A stretch of 64,000 bases of DNA from Desulfomicrobium sp. (GTDB taxonomy: Bacteria > Desulfobacterota > Desulfovibrionia > Desulfovibrionales > Desulfomicrobiaceae). Numbering within the stretch: the stretch's first letter is position 1; each line of letters starts with the position of its first letter. The stretch covers positions 448,001-512,000 of the forward strand of contig JAXGMI010000002.1 in assembly GCA_040768745.1 (NCBI GenBank), written 5' to 3'. Below, piece by piece: positions 8,652 to 18,373 of this stretch. Below the pieces are notes generated by a model that ran no database searches, was not told the DNA's origin, and was given only the letters and a program-made list of their open reading frames with translations. Position numbers and translations under genes: made by a program.

Positions 8652-9794
8652 TCACGCGCCCCGCAGCCTCCCCACCGCCGCGGCCACTACCTCGACAGCC
8701 CGCTCAATCTCCGCCACGGTCGTCATGCGGCCCACAGAAAACCGCACTGTCCCCCCGGCCCATTCCACCGGCACCCCCATGGCCTCCAGCACATGGGAGA
8801 CCTTGACGCTGCCGGCGTGGCAGGCGGCTCCGGCTGACGCGGCCACGTCCAGCCCGATCTCCTCCAGCAGCCGGTTGGCCCCGACCCCCTTGAACGACAG
8901 GCTCAGGGTGTTGGGCAGCCGATGGTCGGAGTGACCGTTCAGACGCACGTCGGCCATCCGTCCGGCTATGCCCTGGTGCAGCCTGTCCCGCAGATCCACC
9001 ATGCGGTCCATGGTATCCGGGAGGCCCCTGGCCGCGACCTCGCACGCCTTGCCCAGGCCGACGATCCCGGTCACGTTTTCCGTGCCGGCCCGCCAGCCCT
9101 TTTCCTGGCCGGCCCCGTGGCAGAATTTCTCCGGGGCGAGGCCCTGCCGCACGTACAGGGCCCCGACTCCCTTGGGCGCGTAGAGCTTGTGCCCGGCGAT
9201 GGAGAGGAGATCGGCCCCCAGATCCGAGACCTTGACCGGGATCTTGCCCAGGGACTGGGCCGCGTCGGTGTGCACGGCAATCCCGCGGGCCCTGGCCAGC
9301 CCGGCGATGTCCGCGACAGGCTGCACGGTGCCCACTTCGTTGTTGGCATGCATGACCGTGACCAGGACCGTGTCGGACCGCAGGGCCCGCTGCACCTGTC
9401 CGGGATCGACCATGCCCCGGGCATCCACCGCCACCCGGGTGGTTTCGAACCCTTCTTTTTCCAGGTGCCGGCACACCTCCAGAACCGCCGGGTGTTCGAT
9501 GCTGCTGGTGACGATGTGCCGGCCTTTGCCCTGCAGAGCCCGGGCCATGCCCTTGATGGCGTGGTTGTTGGATTCGGTCCCGCCGGAGGTGAAAAAGACC
9601 TCCCCTGGTTCGCAGCCGATCAGCCCGGCCACCTGCTGGCGGGCCGCCTCCACGGCCCGGCGCGGCGCGATGCCGTACCAGTGGGCGCTGGACGGGTTGC
9701 CGAACTCGACCTCCAGATACGGCCGCATGGCTGCGATCACCTCGGGGTCGTGGGGGGTGGTGCCGTTGTAATCGAGATAGATGGGGTTTTGCAC
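8652..9794 (-). CDS. Class-V PLP cysteine desulfurase / selenocysteine lyase-like
   Basis: YLDYNGTTP, GGTESNN, ANNEVG, HTDAAQ, AGHKLYAPKG, catalytic SAGAACH; GTG start with GGAGG. Confidence 0.92.
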   Translation of the reverse strand: MQNPIYLDYNGTTPHDPEVIAAMRPYLEVEFGNPSSAHWYGIAPRRAVEAARQQVAGLIGCEPGEVFFTSGGTESNNHAIKGMARALQGKGRHIVTSSIEHPAVLEVCRHLEKEGFETTRVAVDARGMVDPGQVQRALRSDTVLVTVMHANNEVGTVQPVADIAGLARARGIAVHTDAAQSLGKIPVKVSDLGADLLSIAGHKLYAPKGVGALYVRQGLAPEKFCHGAGQEKGWRAGTENVTGIVGLGKACEVAARGLPDTMDRMVDLRDRLHQGIAGRMADVRLNGHSDHRLPNTLSLSFKGVGANRLLEEIGLDVAASAGAACHAGSVKVSHVLEAMGVPVEWAGGTVRFSVGRMTTVAEIERAVEVVAAAVGRLRGA

Positions 9795-10074
9795 GATGGA
9801 ACCTCCCGTAGGAAAAAGGATGCCCTGAACTGAACATCAGTCCGGCCTCGAAGGCAAGGGCCGCGGCGGGACAGGGCTCGATTTTTCCGCTCGCGTGGCC
9901 CCGGCCCGGGGGAGAGGATCATGCCCGCACGCCAAGCCACATCCTGACAACCGGCGATGCGTAACGACTCTGGGCATGGGCAATATCTATTATGAAATTG
10001 CACGGTTTCGGTATAGTCATGATTGCAGAGACGAGGAACTCGACGCGATTGGCCATGGACAGCGGAGTTGCGTG

Positions 10075-11928
10075 ATGAGGGACTGGAAGCTGGCCGCCCT
10101 GGGGGCAGCCATTCTGCTTGCGGTGGGACTTTTTTTCGGACTGGGCCTGCATGAACACCTGACCTTCGAGGCCATCAAAACCTCGCAAACCCGGTTCCAG
10201 GAGCTCTACCATGCATCCCCGCTGCAGGTCGTGGCCGCCTTCCTGGCCACCTACCTGCTGGTCGTCATCCTGAACCTCCCCGGTGCAGCCGTTCTCGGAC
10301 TCCTGGCCGGGGCCATGTTCGGAACCATGACCGGCACGGTCCTCGTCTCCTTCGCCAGTTCCACGGGCGCCACCCTGGCCTGCCTGCTGTCCAGGCTCTT
10401 TCTGCGCGACTGGGTGCGGGGCCGCTTCCCGCAGGCCGCGGCCAAGGTGGACCACGGCATCGAGAGCGAAGGCGCGTTCTACCTCTTCTCCCTGCGCCTG
10501 ATTCCGGCCATCCCCTTCTTCATGATCAATCTGGTCATGGGGCTGACCGCCATGCCCCTGCGCACCTTTTACTGGGTTTCCCAGGTCGGCATGCTCCCGG
10601 GCACCTTTGTCTACGTCCATGCCGGCAGCGAGCTGGGACGACTGAGCTCTGCGGCGGGCATCCTTTCCCCCCGGCTGCTGGCCGCCTTTGCCCTGCTCGG
10701 GTTGTTCCCCCTGGCGGCCAGAAAGGTCCTGGCCCTGTACCGGACAAGATCCGGGGGCAGGGATGCCGGGCCGAAGCCTGTGGCCGGGGAGGCAAACCTG
10801 GAGGCATCCCCTGTCCCGCATGAATCAGCCGCAGCGGCACTGGCCCGCCAGGCCGGCCACGTCGGCGAGGGCTGCACGCAGTGCAAAGCCTGCGTCAGGC
10901 AGTGCGCTTTTCTGGCCAGATACGGAACGCCGGGACAAATCGCACTGGCCACCCTGTCCGGACAGGACGGGGCCGATCCCTATGCGTGCAGCCTGTGCGG
11001 TCTGTGCGGGGCGGTCTGTCCCGAGAAACTGTCCCCCGCAGCCCTGTTTCTGGCCATGCGCCGCCACTCCGTGGACCGCGGCCAGACGGACCTCGCCCGC
11101 TACGCGGCCATCACCGCCTACGAGCGGCGGGGCCACTCGGCACTCTTCTCCTGGTACCCCCCCGGGGGATGCAGGAAGGTCTTCTTCCCGGGGTGCACCC
11201 TGCCCGGGACCAGACCGCAGATCACCTGGCGGTTTTTCCAGGCCCTGCGGCAGGACATACCGGACCTGGGCGTGGTCCTGGACTGCTGCCACAAACCCTC
11301 CCACGATCTGGGCCGGCAGGACTATTTCCTGGAGCGGTTCGGGGCCATCACCCGGCGTCTTGCCGGCCTGGGCGTTGAAGAGGTGCTTGTGGCCTGTCCC
11401 AACTGCTACAAAATTTTTGCCGCATACGGAGGTCCCCTCAAGGTGACCACGATTTACGAGGCGCTTGCCCGCATCGAGGCCGACCCCGGTCCCGGCACCT
11501 GCCGGGTGACGGTGCACGACCCCTGCCCGCTGCGCCACGAGCCAGGAATCCAGGACGCGGTGCGCGTCCTGCTGGCCTCCCGGGGGGTGGGCGTGCGGGA
11601 GATGCAGAATGCCGGGAGAAGCACCCTGTGCTGCGGTGAAGGCGGATCCGTGGGGTTTCACAACCCGGCCTTGGCCAAGGCCTGGGGCGAGAAACGCAAA
11701 GGCCAGGCCCGGGGAGACTGCATCGTCACCTACTGCGCCGGGTGTGCGGAGTTCCTGGGGCGGCTGACCCGGGTCAGCCACCTGGGCGAGATCCTGTTCG
11801 AGCCGGAAAAGGCCCTGGCCGGAAAATGCAGGGCCGCCAAGGCGCCGGTGACCTACCTGCACCGCCTGCTGCTCAAAAGGAGGCTGGAAAAACTTTTCCG
11901 TTCCGCGCAGCAGGGAAAAAAGGGCTGA
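10075..11928 (+). CDS. DedA/TVP38 membrane domain fused to 4Fe-4S dicluster and CCG (HdrB/GlpC-like) domains
   Basis: N-terminal TMs with LRLIPAIPFF motif; CxxCxxCxxxC twice; FFPGC, CC, ACPNC, HDPC, CCG, YCAGC. Confidence 0.85.
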   Translation: MRDWKLAALGAAILLAVGLFFGLGLHEHLTFEAIKTSQTRFQELYHASPLQVVAAFLATYLLVVILNLPGAAVLGLLAGAMFGTMTGTVLVSFASSTGATLACLLSRLFLRDWVRGRFPQAAAKVDHGIESEGAFYLFSLRLIPAIPFFMINLVMGLTAMPLRTFYWVSQVGMLPGTFVYVHAGSELGRLSSAAGILSPRLLAAFALLGLFPLAARKVLALYRTRSGGRDAGPKPVAGEANLEASPVPHESAAAALARQAGHVGEGCTQCKACVRQCAFLARYGTPGQIALATLSGQDGADPYACSLCGLCGAVCPEKLSPAALFLAMRRHSVDRGQTDLARYAAITAYERRGHSALFSWYPPGGCRKVFFPGCTLPGTRPQITWRFFQALRQDIPDLGVVLDCCHKPSHDLGRQDYFLERFGAITRRLAGLGVEEVLVACPNCYKIFAAYGGPLKVTTIYEALARIEADPGPGTCRVTVHDPCPLRHEPGIQDAVRVLLASRGVGVREMQNAGRSTLCCGEGGSVGFHNPALAKAWGEKRKGQARGDCIVTYCAGCAEFLGRLTRVSHLGEILFEPEKALAGKCRAAKAPVTYLHRLLLKRRLEKLFRSAQQGKKG

Positions 11929-12214
11929 CCGGAAATGGCGGCACGCACAAGAACACATTGATCTCCAGATGAAAAAGGAGGAAGGAAGGGTGCAGGCCGC
12001 ACCGGCACGCGTGGCGATCTGCACGCCGGGCCGCGGCCAGGACACAACACCCGACAACGAGGCGCAAGCTGACAACGACATACTGCCCGGCCATGGATCA
12101 AACACTCCTGTGCCAGGGGCGGAAGCACGCCCCTGCCCCGTTGCGGAGAGTTCTGTTCTCGCGGGACCTCTTCAGGCATGGGCTCCGACCAGCACCGAAA
12201 TTCAACCCCTTGCA

Positions 12215-12961
12215 ATGACGTTCTTTTTTGTCATCCTGATCATTTTCGTTGCCGGAATCGTCCAGGGCCTGACCGGGTTCGGCGCAGCGCTGGTGGCCCT
12301 CCCGCTGCTGGCCCTGGTCCTGCCCATGATCCAGGCCGTCCCTCTCATCTGCCTGGTGGGTTTCTGCATGACCCTGCAGATGATCCCCGAACTGCGCGGC
12401 AGTGTGCTCTGGAAACCGGCCGCTCTGCTTATGGCAGCCTCCATGCCGGGCCTGGCCCTGGGCACCCACGCCCTGCGCACCGTCTCCCCGTCGCTGTTGA
12501 GCGGGCTGCTCGGGGCCATGACCCTGGCCTTCTCCCTGTTTTCCCTGCGCCGCAAGGGCCGCGTCCTGCCCCTGGGCACAATCAGCTGCATCGCAGCCGG
12601 GTTCATGGCCGGCTGGCTGAACGGGGCCATCAGTGCGGGCGGCCCCCCGGTCATCGCCTACGCCTCGCTCCAGCCGTGGTCCAAGGACGAGATCAAGGCC
12701 ACCCTGCTCGCTTTTTTTGTCGTGGCCAGTGTGAGCACCGTCATCTCCTACGTCATGGCAGGCCTCTACTCGGCTTCGACCTTGCAGTATTTCGGGGCCT
12801 CGGTGCCCGGTCTGGTCTTCGGGGTGTGGATCGGCAGGCGCTGGTACGGCGGCATGAGTTCCGAGTCCTACCGCAAAATAGTGTGCTACATGCTCATGCT
12901 GATGGGCATCATAAGCCTTGGCAAGCCGGTTCTGGAGTGGCTCGATCTGCTGGGCCAGTAA
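12215..12961 (+). CDS. TauE/SafE (TSUP) family sulfite/organosulfur exporter
   Basis: GIVQGLTGFG and GWLNGAISAGGPP half-repeats, about 8 TMs; start uncertain. Confidence 0.85.
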   Translation: MTFFFVILIIFVAGIVQGLTGFGAALVALPLLALVLPMIQAVPLICLVGFCMTLQMIPELRGSVLWKPAALLMAASMPGLALGTHALRTVSPSLLSGLLGAMTLAFSLFSLRRKGRVLPLGTISCIAAGFMAGWLNGAISAGGPPVIAYASLQPWSKDEIKATLLAFFVVASVSTVISYVMAGLYSASTLQYFGASVPGLVFGVWIGRRWYGGMSSESYRKIVCYMLMLMGIISLGKPVLEWLDLLGQ

Positions 12962-13099
12962 CGTCCGCCCTCCCCCACATCTGTCAAGCACAGGCCGTGG
13001 GTGAGCCGTTGCACAACGCGCCGGGCCGGGTTCCGTCCCCCCGTTGATCCCGGCTCGGGCATGCCCGGTGGCAGCCGCGGCGTGGGCGTGCAGTCCGCG

Positions 13100-14059
13100 C
13101 TAAGGTCCACTGCCAGTCGCCGGCATGGCCCCCCCGGACAGGGCGGAATTCACCGCATCTCTGACCATCCCGTACACCTCATCGGCGGACCCTGCCTCGG
13201 CCAAGGGGCCGCTGAGGCTGTCCAGCACGGAAATGTGGCCGTCCGCGTTGCGGTCTGCAAGGATCAGAACCGGTTCAGCGTCGCCCTTTTCGTCATGCAC
13301 CACGACGTCCATGGACCTGCCCTGCCTCTTCCCTTCCGTGATGGTGACCCGCACCCGCCCCAGGGAAGTGCGGAGTTCCGCCGCAAAGGTGCAGACCTCC
13401 CCCGGACAGAGGGGAACCCCGCTCCCGTCGAACCGCGTGCTGCGGGTGAACGGCCTGATGGTGCCGTACAGATTCTTGCCGCTGTGGAAGATGAGCACCG
13501 GGTCCCCAGGTCTGCAGAAACGGAACAGCCAGTCCATGTCCGTGTTGTCCAGCGCCACGCATCCTTCGGTCCAGTCCCGCTCCCTGTTCACGCCGAAGTA
13601 CCGGTACACCCCACCCCCATGAATGGCGATGCCGCAGCCCAACCCGGTATTGCACGGGGCGGGTCTCGATTTCCAGGCCGCGTCGCGGATTCTCGTGTAC
13701 CCGGCCAGGGAGATCACACCCTCGGCCAAGGCCTTCTCCGCGTTGGCGGGATTGGGATAGGACAGGCCCAGGGTCCGATGGAAGCGGCTTCGGTCATTTT
13801 TGTTCGTCACCATGTAGAGACCCTCGGGCGTTGCGCAATCAAAGGCCTTGTGCTTGTCCGACTTGGGATCGATGCCGAACGAGGCCGGAAATCGGGCCAC
13901 CGGCCTGTCGTCCAAAAACACGACGGCCTCCCCCTTGGCCTTGTCGATGACCACGGTTCGCCGTGATGCGATGGCCCCTTCCGCCACAAGCATCTGAGCC
14001 ACCATGGCAGCCACGACACATATCGTCCATTGACTTTTAAAAAATTGAGGGAGTATCAT
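13100..14059 (-). CDS. YkuD L,D-transpeptidase family, YafK/DpaA-like subtype, with C-terminal extension
   Basis: TPEGLY, RFHRTLGLSYPN, GIAIHGG, WTEGCVAL; start uncertain. Confidence 0.85.
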   Translation of the reverse strand: MILPQFFKSQWTICVVAAMVAQMLVAEGAIASRRTVVIDKAKGEAVVFLDDRPVARFPASFGIDPKSDKHKAFDCATPEGLYMVTNKNDRSRFHRTLGLSYPNPANAEKALAEGVISLAGYTRIRDAAWKSRPAPCNTGLGCGIAIHGGGVYRYFGVNRERDWTEGCVALDNTDMDWLFRFCRPGDPVLIFHSGKNLYGTIRPFTRSTRFDGSGVPLCPGEVCTFAAELRTSLGRVRVTITEGKRQGRSMDVVVHDEKGDAEPVLILADRNADGHISVLDSLSGPLAEAGSADEVYGMVRDAVNSALSGGAMPATGSGP

Positions 14060-14104
14060 AGGTTAAACAGCTCATTAAACCGTTCCCAGAAAGGAGGAAG
14101 AACG

Positions 14105-14431
14105 ATGGTCACAATTGCCAGAAATCGAGCATTGTCAGTCACCCTTTTTTCCGCTGTCCTGCTTTTCCTGATGGGGATGAGCGGTTGCGCAAGCCTGAAC
14201 AAGGAAGACAGGGCCCTTTTGGAGAGTACGCGACAATCGGCCCAGGAGGCCAAGGCTGCCGCAGCCAGGGCCGAGGCCGTCGGCAAACGGCTCGAGGACA
14301 TGGGACTTCGCCTGGAAAAGGCGGCGGCCAGCGCTGAACAGTCTGCAACCAAGGCCGAGCTGGCGGCCGAACGCGCAGATGCCGCGGCCGAAAAGGCCGA
14401 GCGCATCTTCACCAAGTCCCTGAAGAAGTAG
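14105..14431 (+). CDS. Lpp/OprI-like alanine-zipper lipoprotein
   Basis: AAGGAGG RBS; signal peptide with lipobox MSG-C; Ala-rich coiled coil; ends KSLKK. Confidence 0.85.
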   Translation: MVTIARNRALSVTLFSAVLLFLMGMSGCASLNKEDRALLESTRQSAQEAKAAAARAEAVGKRLEDMGLRLEKAAASAEQSATKAELAAERADAAAEKAERIFTKSLKK

Positions 14432-14442
14432 CCTGACACCGG

Positions 14443-15363
14443 CTATGGCGTCTCGGGCCAAGCGACAGCCATAGGCACCCCCGACTTTTCCTCCACGGCC
14501 TTGGAAAGGGCCTCGCGGTCGATGTAGAGGGGGCCTATGGCTGTTTCATGGTACAGAAGCTCCTCCATGACCTGCAAAAGCGGATTGCCCATACGGTTTT
14601 CAAAGTCATCGAACACCTGCACCCAGAACTTCTCCCCTGACCATCCGAACTTGACCGGCTCATAGATGACCTGCACCGTCGCGCCCACGGGCACCATGGG
14701 GTAGAGCGCCCCCACGTCTTCCGGGTACATGCGGATGCAGCCATGGCTCACCCTGCGCCCGATGCCCCAGGGCTTGTTGGTCCCGTGGATGGCGTACGCC
14801 ATTCTGGACAGACGGAACGCATAGTCGCCCAGGGGATTGTCCGGCCCGGGAGGAACCTCTGCCGGGAGGGTGGGGTCCTCCGTCCTGATGGACTCCGGAA
14901 CGACCCAGGTCGGATTGGCCGTCTTGCTTTTCACGGTGTAGGTGCCCAATTGGGTCAGAAACCCCTCTGCGCCGATGCCGATGGGTGCCGTGAGAAAATA
15001 GTCATGGCCTCCGTTGGAGAAGAAGTAGTACAGCCGCATCTCCGCCAGATTGACGACGATGCCGGAGCCGATGCGCCCCTGCGGGAGCACCAGGGACAGC
15101 GGGACAAGGACGAGACTTCCCTTGGCCGGGACCCAGGGGTCGATGTCCGGATTGGCGGCGACAATCTGGTTGTACCCGAGGTCAAATTCGCGGGCGATAT
15201 CCAGGAGGGTGTCCCCTTCCTCCACCCGCACGTATCGCACAGACCCGTAGTGCACATTGTCCGGGGACAGGATGAAGGATCTCAGGGCCCATGCCCAGGA
15301 GGAATGGAGCAGGACGAGGATGATGGCGGACATTCCGAAAAAGGATGCACCCAGTCGCTGCAT
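14443..15363 (-). CDS. LysM-YkuD L,D-transpeptidase (ErfK/YbiS/YcfS type)
   Basis: Signal peptide, GDTLLDIAREFDLG...ANPDIDPWVP, VNLAEMRLYY, GPDNPLG, IHGT...VSHGCIRM. Confidence 0.92.
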   Translation of the reverse strand: MQRLGASFFGMSAIILVLLHSSWAWALRSFILSPDNVHYGSVRYVRVEEGDTLLDIAREFDLGYNQIVAANPDIDPWVPAKGSLVLVPLSLVLPQGRIGSGIVVNLAEMRLYYFFSNGGHDYFLTAPIGIGAEGFLTQLGTYTVKSKTANPTWVVPESIRTEDPTLPAEVPPGPDNPLGDYAFRLSRMAYAIHGTNKPWGIGRRVSHGCIRMYPEDVGALYPMVPVGATVQVIYEPVKFGWSGEKFWVQVFDDFENRMGNPLLQVMEELLYHETAIGPLYIDREALSKAVEEKSGVPMAVAWPETP

Positions 15364-15879
15364 GTCTCTGTTGTCACTGAACACGGCTCCCCCCTGGCAA
15401 CTCCCGCAGACCGTGGTGCGGCGTGGACACGTGCGTGGATGTGTCTGGACCTGTGCACGGCTGCGTTGCGTCGCAGATGATATCTGCCCCATGCACTGCA
15501 ACAGTTTCGGGCGGCCTGCAACCACCCCTCCGACAATCAATCGCGGACCCTGCACCTCGCTGCCGACACAATGACACTCTCCGGACAGGCGCGGAACAAA
15601 ATCCAGGCAAGGCTACCTGGCCTCAAATCCGGGGGCGACCTCATATGGATTCATTCTTTCTGCTTGTTTTTATTATATTTTATAGCAAAGCCATGATGTG
15701 AACTCAATTCGCCGGCCTGGGCAGAGGCACGGGTGGGCCCTGGCCGGTCAACCAGACTGGAGGTCGAAGCCATCCGGGTGCTGATGCATGGCAGGAAAAC
15801 CGGCTCAGGACGTCTGGACATGCACGCACCAAAAGGGTCACAAGGGGTTCAGCCCCCTGCATTGCCCTGTCCAACCCAC

Positions 15880-16935
15880 ATGAGGACCATGCGCAGAGTG
15901 AACGTGCACAATTCCGGGCCCAGGCCCAGCAGGCAGGTCAGGGCCATCCTGGCCGCCACCCGTCATTCCGGGTCAGAGACCGCGTCCGATCCCGGCCCCC
16001 CCTGCAGACCGGCATACCTTGCCCTGCACAGGTCAGGCGAACTGCTTGAGCGGGCCCGGCGTATGTGGAGCATGATGGGAAAATGCCGGCTCTGTCCAAG
16101 GGAATGCGGGGCGAACCGCCTGCAGGGCAAGCGGGGATTCTGCGGCACCACAGGCACAACCCTGACCGTGTCCTCCTTTCATCCGCACTTTGGGGAGGAG
16201 AGGCCCCTGGTCGGCACCAATGGCTCCGGCACGATCTTTTTTTCGCACTGCAGCCTGCGCTGTGTCTTCTGTCAGAACTGGGAAATCAGCATGCAGGGCT
16301 GTGGCGCTGAACGCAGCGTGGAGGATCTGGCAGGGATGATGCTGTGGCTGCAGCGCATCGGGTGCCACAACATAAACCTGGTCACCCCCACGCATTATTC
16401 CGCCCACATCCTCAAAGCCCTCGATCTCGCTGCCGGACGGGACCTGCGGTTGCCCGTCGTGTACAATACCAGCGGGTGGGAGCGCCTCGAAATCCTGAAG
16501 CTTCTTGATGGAATCGTGGACATTTACATGCCTGATTTCAAGTACTGGGACAGCGGCATGGCATCCACATATTCCTCCGGGGCTGACAGCTACCCCGGGG
16601 TGACGGCGGAAGCCATCGTGGAGATGCAGCGTCAGATCGGCAGCCCTCAGTATACAGCGGAAGGAGTCATGCAGCGGGGAATCATCGTTCGGCATCTGGT
16701 GATGCCGAACACGGTCAGCGGATCGGAACAGATCATGGAGTGGATAGCGAAGAATATGAAAAAAGACATTTATATCAATATAATGGCGCAATACCGCCCC
16801 GAGTACAAAGCCCATCAGTACCCTGACATAGCGCGAAAAATCACCATGGCTGAATACGCATCCGTTGTTGAAAAAGCCAGAAAGCTCGGATTGACCAACC
16901 TGGATGTGCATACCGCGTCGCTGATGCAGTTCTGA
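15880..16935 (+). CDS. Radical SAM protein, PflX/COG1313-like
   Basis: CRLCPRECG, HFGEE, GSGTIFF, CSLRCVFCQN, NINLVTPTH, YMPDFKY; start uncertain. Confidence 0.88.
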   Translation: MRTMRRVNVHNSGPRPSRQVRAILAATRHSGSETASDPGPPCRPAYLALHRSGELLERARRMWSMMGKCRLCPRECGANRLQGKRGFCGTTGTTLTVSSFHPHFGEERPLVGTNGSGTIFFSHCSLRCVFCQNWEISMQGCGAERSVEDLAGMMLWLQRIGCHNINLVTPTHYSAHILKALDLAAGRDLRLPVVYNTSGWERLEILKLLDGIVDIYMPDFKYWDSGMASTYSSGADSYPGVTAEAIVEMQRQIGSPQYTAEGVMQRGIIVRHLVMPNTVSGSEQIMEWIAKNMKKDIYINIMAQYRPEYKAHQYPDIARKITMAEYASVVEKARKLGLTNLDVHTASLMQF

Positions 16936-17039
16936 ATGCGCCAGGAAGGCCCTCCCAACCATGCCCCGCAAGAGTCCCGGAAGGCATGTTTCGCTCGGAA
17001 CCGGGCGGCCTGTCATGCATCCTGGAGCGCAGGGGAGCC

Positions 17040-17249
17040 TCACGGATTGGGGCCAAGAATGATCTCGGAATCCTCCGGGAAATACCTCCGGTACATCTCC
17101 TCGGTCATGGGTTCCCGTCTTTTGAGGGCCTCACGCATGAGCCTGTATCCCTCGTCCTCGGCGGCACCCTCCCGATACAGGGGTCCTGCACCAAACATCT
17201 CGGCGTATTCATCCACCAGAGCCTTTTTTTCTTCTTCTGACAGATTCAT
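17040..17249 (-). CDS. Small acidic hypothetical protein (69 aa)
   Basis: GGAGGGG RBS; MNLSEEEKKALVDEY...; directly downstream of the nitroreductase on the same strand. Confidence 0.6.
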   Translation of the reverse strand: MNLSEEEKKALVDEYAEMFGAGPLYREGAAEDEGYRLMREALKRREPMTEEMYRRYFPEDSEIILGPNP

Positions 17250-17317
17250 GTCCCCTCCCTGGCCTCGGATTCCTGCATGCTGGGCTTTCCGAAGGCCTGC
17301 GTCATCCAGCGAATATA

Positions 17318-17968
17318 TCATAAAGGATATCCCACCGTCTGCGCGAGCACAATTTTCTTCTGTGCCGGAAGCTGCAGGGCCTTGGCCAGGGCCTGGCGGT
17401 CAACCATACCCCGGACCACGGTGGCCAGCCCTTCCGATGCGCAGAACAGGTAGACGTTCTGGCTGATGAAGCCGGTGTCCGCACCCATATACAATGCCTG
17501 GTCGTCCGTGGCGGCGCCCTTCATTTTGTCTGTATCGGCCACGTACACCAGGTTGAGCGGGGCCGTGGCCACGAAATCCTGAGGGCCCGTCAGGGTGCGC
17601 AGGTCGCCCTGGGCCACGGCCTTCAGGGAGTGGGACTTGGCGTCGTACTGGTAGGCGCCCTCTTCCATGACGACATAGACCTCCACTTCCTGCCAGTTCC
17701 TGGCCGAAGGGGCGGTCCGCTTGCCGGATTGCGGCCGGTTGATCCCGGCCGCCGCCCACAGGAGATCGCTCAGGACCTGACCAGGCAACTGCCTGGAGCT
17801 GAAAGCGCGGGATGACTGCCGGTCCAGGAGGGCCTGCATGAGGGGCCTCCCGCCCTGCACCTGTGGCGAGGGCAGGGCCATGTTTAGGCGGCTCAGATCC
17901 GCTGTCCACGAGGGCGAAGCCAGCGTCATCAAACCGAACAGGGCCACGGCAACCTTGATTCTGGGCAT
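17318..17968 (-). CDS. Nitroreductase (SagB/ThcOx-like) with predicted signal peptide
   Basis: RQSSRAF, LLWAAAG, RTAPSA, DTGFISQNVYL; GGAG RBS. Confidence 0.88.
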   Translation of the reverse strand: MPRIKVAVALFGLMTLASPSWTADLSRLNMALPSPQVQGGRPLMQALLDRQSSRAFSSRQLPGQVLSDLLWAAAGINRPQSGKRTAPSARNWQEVEVYVVMEEGAYQYDAKSHSLKAVAQGDLRTLTGPQDFVATAPLNLVYVADTDKMKGAATDDQALYMGADTGFISQNVYLFCASEGLATVVRGMVDRQALAKALQLPAQKKIVLAQTVGYPL

Positions 17969-18061
17969 TGTGCATTCTCCGTTGGCAGTCTCGAGAAAGC
18001 AGCCCCGGCCGGTTTCCCGTCCAGGGCTGCTTTGGTGCAAAACAGAAGGGGAACCGCGATG

Positions 18062-18373
18062 CTATGGCTTCACGACAATGTTGTTGACCACGCTTTTGAC
18101 TCCTTCCGTCGAGCGCGCCAGTTCCCCGGCGCGGGACTTCTCCTGCGCATTCTTGGCGAATCCGGAAATCTGCACAACGCCTTTCAGGGTTTCAACGCTG
18201 ATGGCCATGGCGCTGACCTGCTTGTCGTTGGCGAATTTCGCCTTGACCTGGGTGGTGATGACCGAGTCGTCGATGTATGCCCCCACGGTGGACTGGTCCC
18301 GGGTGACAGCACAGCCCGCTGATGCGAAGGCGAGCAAGGCTGCAAGAACGAGTGAAAGCGCCGAATGTTTCAT
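18062..18373 (-). CDS. BON-domain (OsmY-like) lipoprotein
   Basis: Lipobox SAG-C; DDSVITTQVKAK...GVVQISG...GVKSVVN; AAGGAG RBS. Confidence 0.9.
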   Translation of the reverse strand: MKHSALSLVLAALLAFASAGCAVTRDQSTVGAYIDDSVITTQVKAKFANDKQVSAMAISVETLKGVVQISGFAKNAQEKSRAGELARSTEGVKSVVNNIVVKP

